DNA of 63,894 bases, filler included, from Licmophora abbreviata (lineage: Eukaryota), in assembly GCA_900291995.1 (NCBI GenBank). It is 14 parts of 14 records of this genome, joined end to end, with 100 filler letters (N's around TTAATTAATTAA, not from the genome) between each part and the next. Parts side by side here need not be neighbours in the genome. Positions count along the whole stretch, not along the records: positions 52,342 to 59,517 come from OLMU01000953.1; positions 59,618 to 61,069 come from OLMU01000955.1; positions 61,170 to 62,703 come from OLMU01000959.1; positions 62,804 to 63,894 come from OLMU01000971.1; 10 more parts are not named here. The stretch is one strand, 5' to 3'. The notes beneath the pieces were generated by a model. It searched no databases, had not been told where the DNA came from, and worked only from the letters and a program-made list of their open reading frames with translations. Shown here one piece after another: positions 57,287-63,894 of this stretch. Numbering within the stretch: position 1 is the stretch's first letter; the number at the start of each line of letters is the position of its first letter. The position numbers and the translations under genes were made by a program.

Positions 57287-59297
57287 ATGGAACGAGTTCT
57301 ATTCAACTTACACTCGCAGGTGTGCACAATGGCACTCCAGAAAACATCGAGTCGAGTACGAAGTCTCACCGAAAAGACGCTACTACTGGCGGCAGTCTGC
57401 GGATTTGGCGTTCTGGTGATTTCACACCTCTCCTTTGTACATCGACAAAGCACGCCGTCGCAACAGCCCAACTGGGGCAGGCATAGACCACCGAAGTCCA
57501 TACCCAGAACCTGCTTATTCAGTATACCTGGCTTTCGACAAGATGCAGATTTGACACACATCGTGCTAACACAAGATGAGACTTCCTTTGCGTACACTGT
57601 CGGCGAAAGGGCTGTTGAAACCGCAGATAATGCAACATGCAATTCGTCGGGAACAACCGGGATCGAGAGCAGCTTGGCGACAACTCTGAACACAACTTTT
57701 TCCTTGTCGTACTCAAGGACGAAGGGCTTTCTGCTTTTGACGCCCGAACTCTGCTCGCGACATCATATTTCTACGCAGTATATCCACGTCGCAATGACCG
57801 ACGCGCGTTGTTTCGGCGAACCTTTTCTGCAGACAATGGTCTTTCATATTCTCGGTCCTGACACAGTGGTTCTCAATTGGCTTCTTGCGGTATATGACAG
57901 TCAGGGCTACATTAACAATCCGCGAACGAAACGTATGTTGGACTTGAACGACTACGCGTCGCCGCTCTGGGGGCGAGCGCAGGGGGTCAATGAGCACTAT
58001 CAATACCAGCTTGTGTTTAAAATGGGAGTCATACTGACGTCCCTGTTTCTGTTTTTCATTACAACGACGCTCGTGTCGTTTACATTGCGCGAGACACAAG
58101 ATCGGATGCTGGCGTTCACATTCCAACTTCAGGCGCACGTGCAGACGCAACGGCCGCTAGCGCAGCTCGTCTTTACCCACGTCGTCGAGAACCTTGTCTT
58201 TGTCCCAGTTATGGTCGGAATGATGTTCTTCCTTATTGAATTCTACGGAGGCGATAAGTTCCTAGCATTCATGGTGCTGAGTGTCGTCTGGGTATGCGAA
58301 GTTTTCTCCATTGTATGGTGAGCAATCATTGGATACAGTGCGCCCGATGCAACTACCGTAGATCTCACCCACCTTCGACCTGTTTCCCTTTAGCTTGCGA
58401 ACGACGCAGGGGATGCAATTCTTTCCAAAGATCTTTTTCTTGCTCTTTACGGCGTTTCACGTCTACTTCTTTTCTTGTCCATTCGGCTTTTCCTACACAG
58501 CCCTGGCGTCGACTGTGTGGTTCATGATTCATTCGATGATGTTCTTCTGGCACCGATACGAACTTCCTGCCGTTGCTCGAGGGCTCGTTACTCTCGAGCG
58601 ACCGCGTATGAGTGTTGTCTCTCCCGACTCGAACGCGTCGCTACCGGTGATTCCGGACGACTTGGATGATCACACCGAGACTCGTCTGTTGGCGCGTCGC
58701 AATGGTCTAGCACGGCATCACGGCCACGAACGGTCGTACACTTCCATGTCCACCCTGGGGCGCACCGGCTTACCAGGTCCGCCGACTCCGAACGGATTTC
58801 CCCCTGACGAGGACGAGGATGACGATGGAGACGGGTCGTACATGTATTTTATGGATGGGGAGGTCGTGATGCATCGTGATGAGCGTGGCACCGCTCGCAC
58901 GCCATCACCAATACCCATCGTAGGGGCATCTACTGGTGGATCGCAGCACAGTCAAAATGACCTAGCTGACTTTCAAAGCGACGACAGGGATGAAGCTTTG
59001 GGTCTGGCCTTGACTGAGATTCCCCGACGCATCCTGACGACATCTTCGGTGATCGAACATGAGGAAGCATTGTCACATTGTGCTAATGAACCAAGTATCA
59101 GTAGTGCCTCTTTGGAAGGGCTAATCGAAATGAGTCAATCTGACGGCGCTGTGGGAACACCCGTAAGAGCATCCGTTTCATCAGAGCAAGACCCAAGAGC
59201 GACCGCGACACCACGAGTGGACAATTTGAGCACCCACGTCCACGAGCATGTAAGCGAATCGGCGCCGCTGTTCCCATTTCCGAAGTTTGGCAGGTGA
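57287..59297 (+). CDS. Membralin (TMEM259)-like ER membrane protein; intron 58318-58393
   Basis: YSRTKGFLLL; CFGEPF; LVSFTLRETQDRM; LVFVPVMVGMMFFL; FFPKIFFL; HSMMFFWHRYELPA. Confidence 0.85.
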
Positions 59298-59849
59298 GCA
59301 AACACTACGGAGAAAGTTCAAAGTAGGTTAGTCTACCAGGCACCCGTAGACTAATCTACTGTAGCTAGTCTCTCTACGTCGGAGCCAAACAAGCCTAATG
59401 GTACCTGGCAGTCTATCCGTTGGCTTGACCGGACCGACTGACTGTCTGACTCGACCTTCGAACTCCCCTCTTCAGTCCGCTCTAAAGCGGGTGACTCACT
59501 CGACTGAACTCATCAGTNNNNNNNNNNNNNNNNNNNNNNNNNNNNNNNNNNNNNNNNNNNNTTAATTAATTAANNNNNNNNNNNNNNNNNNNNNNNNNNN
59601 NNNNNNNNNNNNNNNNNGAGTCGCACGGCGATCCTATGTATCTCTCGCGTCATCTGTACTCGTACCTGGTAACAAGACTGAAACGACCAACTACGAAGTA
59701 AGTGTTGACACGCGATGTACGACGTATTTTCGTTACGACTCTAGAAGTTGCTGTAATAGAGTTTAGTGCACCGAACGATACTAACCTCGCGAAGGCGGGG
59801 AGTGTACTGCCACACTGGACGTTCGACGTCATTCTATTGTCATCATAAT

Positions 59850-61069
59850 TCAGTTCAACACTGCAATCGGGCACTTGAACCCACCCTCCGGAAACGTGGG
59901 AGGCTCGCACTTGCAGCACGTGCTGTCTACCATTCGGAAGTCATTTGGAAGCTGGGCAACGAATGCTTCTTGCTCGTCGAACAAAGCCTCGATGTAGGCG
60001 TACAACTGCAGATCGTACATATTCTGATGCTCGAGCAGCTCCCATGCGTTGCTACCAGGCTGTGGCTTGTCTTTCTTGTTGGAGTTTCGGTTTGAGCCTC
60101 CACCTAGCAATCGCTCGCGACACACCTCTTGATTCGTCGGGTTGACACGAAAAGTCCAACGAAAGAACTTCTCGAATCGTGCCGTCGTTTCTTCAATCTT
60201 CGACATCAGCCCTACCATGAACTTCCGACGGATGACATCCATGGCAATCGTCAGGTGCTCATCGGTCAAGTCGCCACTCAGGGCATTGGCAAGTTGCCTG
60301 GTCATCCAATTGTTTCTGTTGTCGACGTTTTCATCATAACGGTCAATGTTAAATAGTGGTGAGTCACGACTCGTACAGCTCCACGTAAGACAAGGGCAGC
60401 AGCAGAGCAAACACTCACTCCACGATATCACTGGTTGCGTATTGCTCCAGCGTCCTGTAGGGAGAGATGGCCGACGGCGCTAGCATGAGCACAGATTATG
60501 AAGCATTCATATCAGCGCGGCCACAAGCTTCTTACCAAGACTGGAGTTCGGGTTTGTAAGTTGGCTCCCAAGTAGCCACCTGAATGTAATAGAACATTGA
60601 GATGGCTCGTTCAATAGGATGCCTGAACACAGAGAAGGCTCTACCTCTCGCGGTCAAAGTGAACAAATCGTTTGCTTCATAGATGAATGGTGTCACCACC
60701 ATATCCGCGAGCCCAGAGTCCGCAAATCCCATCTTCTTGGCTCGTTCAATTCCTGCAACGGTCGTGGTATCAACATTTACGAATGGAGAGCGGTCCTTTC
60801 CTTCTTCTCCACCCTTGGGATAGACGACGGCGATCTCTGTGTCCTTGTCATGGCCATCTGTTACTCCGAATTCGGTTGCCATGACCTTGCGATGACAACT
60901 CCCTACAACATCCTTCACAGTCGAACCGCCGGCTTTGGGAATATGCCAAAACACGGGAGTGTCACTCCTCTCGTATGGGTCCCACGAATCCTTAAACATG
61001 GCGAGTTGGGGGAGTGAATCTTCTGGCGCTTCCATGCCCGTCGTTGCCGCCTTGACGACTGCTTCGTCC
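59850..61069 (-). CDS. Sulfotransferase-family protein, 5' truncated; introns 60455-60535, 60316-60418
   Basis: 5'-PSB motif FWHIPKAGGSTVK; 3'-PB motif VFRHPIERAISMFYY; ENNWMTRQL; NMYDLQLY. Confidence 0.85.
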
Positions 61070-61169
61070 NNNNNNNNNNNNNNNNNNNNNNNNNNNNNNN
61101 NNNNNNNNNNNNNTTAATTAATTAANNNNNNNNNNNNNNNNNNNNNNNNNNNNNNNNNNNNNNNNNNNN

Positions 61170-61493
61170 ATGATCGATTGGGCGTCGAACGATGTGGACA
61201 AGCTTATTGACGTGGCAGAGACTCAGTTGGACCGTGTCGGTGCCAGTAGTATGGAAGAAGCCAAGATGAAATCTAGCAGATATGCCATCGCGATGCCAAG
61301 GATGAGCGTCGAGACAGGTCTCATCTGCTCGATCCCGATCGGTAGGTTTATTGGCCGGGGCGGTAGCAATCTGAGGAGCCTTCAGAGGCGCACCGATACG
61401 TTCATCTACCAAGATCGCGAGAAGCAGACTTGGTTTGTCTTTTACAACGAGAAGTCTAATTTGGCTTCGGTGAAGCGCGCCATGGGATACTAG
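61170..61493 (+). CDS. C-terminal fragment of a KH-domain RNA-binding protein
   Basis: IGRFIGRGGSNLRSLQ (GxxG KH loop); 5' end lost in the linker. Confidence 0.65.
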   Translation: MIDWASNDVDKLIDVAETQLDRVGASSMEEAKMKSSRYAIAMPRMSVETGLICSIPIGRFIGRGGSNLRSLQRRTDTFIYQDREKQTWFVFYNEKSNLASVKRAMGY

Positions 61494-61902
61494 TACGATT
61501 GAGGAGTGTAGGTAAAAATAGTATCATAGTCATGATCACACAAACATCACTGTTCACGACTTGACTCAATCTTGGGGAGAAAGGTACGGTCGATCCCGCT
61601 CTCTGTAGGTTAAAATCTTCCCAGGTGACGGTATCTGTATAACTTGCCCTGCAAAGGACATCTGCGTCGCTCCTCTGAGTCTTCAAGACACTGATGGCGC
61701 AGCATCTCTCTCGCATTCAGCCTCTGTCGTTCATGCTCAATCGTCGCGTCTCGTCGCGCAGATTGAACGATGGCATCGCGCGCCATATGTACCATGAAGA
61801 CGACACATCCGGCGATGTGACCACAAAAGCATCAAAACGAGGATTATAGTGTTTTGCCTATCATACAACACCGTGGATGCGGTCTAATTGCTCATCGCGA
61901 CG

Positions 61903-62703
61903 ATGGTGGTGACGATCAAGGCAGTCTTGTTCGATTTGGACGGCACGTTGCTGGATACGGAGAGTTTGAGCGACAAGGCCATTCTGCAGGCGCTGGGCGA
62001 CTCGCTGCCCGATCACGTCAAGGAAGAACGCCGAAAGGACGGCCATCGTTTGCCATGGGAACTCAAGAGTCAGATTATTGGCTTGAAAGGCTGCGACTGG
62101 ATCCCCATGGTCCTTGCTTATAAGCAGCAGCACTGGGGACCACTTGCCGCCGACCAAGCACCACTACCTCCGCTTCGATCCGTGTACGTACTACTTGTAC
62201 ATTGTTTGTCGTCGTCAATGACCCCCATCACCGCACCACAGACGCTTGTCTTTAGTTTGAGACCGCTTTCTCACACTTTCATCCTCTATCGCTTTCATAC
62301 AGTGACGAACTATGGAAGGAATGGGAAATCAATCTCAACAGACTGGGTCCACAAGTCCACGCATGCGCGGGAGCGACACAACTTGTCGAGGCCTTTTCTG
62401 AGAACACTGACCTTCTCTTGGGCATTGCCACGTCCAGTCGCAAGGTGGCAGTGTCAGGCAAACGCGTAAAGTAAGTTTCCCCCCTCTATCAATTCTATTA
62501 TTATAGCGCAATACCGCATTCCGTACTGCCGCCATTGTCTCACCGTCTGTCTACCGGTATACTCGCACCACCACCATCACTTGCAAAGACACGAACGAAT
62601 CTTTCAAAACATGCAAGTTATAGTCACAGGCGATGATCCGGCAGTCAAGAATGGAAAGCCAGCGCCCGACATCTACATCGAGGCGGCGCGTCGTCTGGGT
62701 GTC
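61903..62703 (+). CDS. HAD-superfamily phosphatase (HDHD1/pseudouridine-5'-phosphatase or FMN-hydrolase-like), multi-exon, 3' truncated
   Basis: AVLFDLDGTLLDTE; GIATSS; IVTGDDPAVKNGKPAPDIYIEAARRLGV. Confidence 0.85.
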
Positions 62704-62805
62704 NNNNNNNNNNNNNNNNNNNNNNNNNNNNNNNNNNNNNNNNNNNNTTAATTAATTAANNNNNNNNNNNNNNNNNNNNNNNNNNNNNNNNNNNNNNNNN
62801 NNNCA

Positions 62806-63894
62806 TACGACGTGTGCATTGTCGGTGCGGGGTTGTCTGGTGCCGTGATCGCGGAGCGGTACGCCAACACTTTGGGCAGCTCGATCGTGGTCATGGAGAA
62901 GCGCGATCACATTGGAGGCAATGTCTACGACTAATAGACGAAGACACGGGGATCCGAGTCAGCAAGTACGGCGCTCATCTGTTCCATACCAAGTACGAGC
63001 GCGTGTGGGAGTACGTGCAGCAATTTTCAGAGTGGACTCCATACGAACACAAGGTGCTTGGGTACGTGAACGGGAGTCACGTGCCGATCCCGGTCAACAT
63101 TGACACGGTGAACGAGTTGTTCGGGCTCTCCATCCATGACGAGAAGGAAATGGACGAGTGGCTGGAGAAGGAGCAGGTGCACTTTGAGAACGATCCTGTA
63201 AACTCGGAGGAGATGGCGCTGTCTAGAGTGGGCAAGCGCCTGTACGACATGATCTTCAAGCCGTATACGAAGAAGCAGTGGGACAAGGATCCGAGTGAGC
63301 TGGGTCCGGAGGTGACGGCGCGAATTCCGGTTCGTAACAACCACGACGGACGGTATTTCGACGATCCTCATCAAGCACTACCGACGAACGGCTACACGTC
63401 GATCTTTGAGAAGCTCCTGGGGCACGATAACATCGAAGTGCATCTCGAGACTGACTACTTTCGGGCTCGCGACTCTTTGGAGTGCGGGCGGACGTACTTT
63501 ACGGGTCCGATCGATGCGTATTTCGCGCATTTGGGCTGGGACAAGCTCGAGTATCGAAGTTTGGACTTTGAGCGGAAGGTGGTGAAGAACGTAGACTACT
63601 TCCAGCCGATATCTGTGGTGAACCATCCGTCGGGCGACGTGGACTTTACTCGCATTGTGGAATACAAGCATTTGCTGAATCAGACGTCGGATCACACGGT
63701 GATCTTCTACGAGCGTTCGAGGGACGACGGCGATCCGTACTATCCTGTTCCGAACCCCGAGAACAAGGCGTTGTACGCGAAGTATCAGGCGATGGCACTG
63801 AAAGAGAAGAACGTGACGTTCGTTGGTCGCTTGGCAAACTACAAGTACTTCAACATGGACCAGAGTATCCTGAACGCGCTAGAACTGTTCGACG
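62806..63894 (+). CDS. glf: UDP-galactopyranose mutase (bacterial glf type), partial, with a 1-nt frameshift at about 62933 (pseudogene or sequence error)
   Basis: YDVCIVGAGLSG; EKRDHIGGNVYD; after the shift IDEDTGIRVSKYGAHLFHT; KPYTKKQW; FTRIVEYKH; GDPYYPVP; FVGRLANYKYFNMDQ. Missing from the supplied ORF track because it runs off the window. Confidence 0.92.

Noticed and set aside
61500..61800. Small minus-strand ORFs between the KH and HAD genes
   Set aside because: Short, no motif and no convincing splice structure.
599..63837. Numerous long antisense or overlapping ORFs in the six-frame track
   Set aside because: Shadow ORFs of real genes, expected in moderately GC-rich coding DNA.
327..63894. 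Glycan-modification cluster (P4H, FUT8-like, sulfotransferase, UGM)
   Set aside because: Genes are spread over different contigs among unrelated housekeeping genes; no evidence of clustering.
1..63894. tRNA, rRNA, snRNA genes or CRISPR arrays
   Set aside because: None recognised by eye; a tRNAscan-SE/Infernal run would be needed to exclude small RNAs.

Overview
Eukaryotic, intron-containing nuclear DNA, most consistent with a diatom (short GT-AG introns, a DUF6824 protein, bipartite plastid-targeting-like N-termini, TTAGGG telomere repeats). The window is 14 contigs joined by an artificial 100-bp linker (44 N + TTAATTAATTAA + 44 N), so adjacency across linkers is mostly not evidence. About 28 protein-coding genes can be supported, mostly housekeeping: prolyl 4-hydroxylase, OsmC, FUT8-like, PP2A-A, COG0523 GTPase, CaMKK-like kinase, VPS26, CAP-H2, MCTP-like, eIF4G, RRP43, MATE, PILS-like, BUD31, Sec8, membralin, a sulfotransferase, a HAD phosphatase and UDP-galactopyranose mutase. 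The most unusual segment is contig 42544-43606. There a Stowaway/plant-type mariner sits at a TA inside a small dispersed repeat whose empty copy is at 48288-48382. Its transposase is cut off mid-catalytic domain by a (TTAGGG)n array that carries a 34-bp CGGG-ended variant block, which looks like de novo telomere healing inside a transposon. Other notable items: a fumarylacetoacetase-maleylacetoacetate isomerase fusion, a bacterial-type UGM with a single 1-nt frameshift, a BUD31 keeping only 4 of 9 zinc cysteines, a kinase with a polybasic+CaaX tail, a tandem pair of EF-hand membrane proteins, an RluA remnant and recurrent upstream motifs. All calls come from motif recognition by eye; no database search was run.
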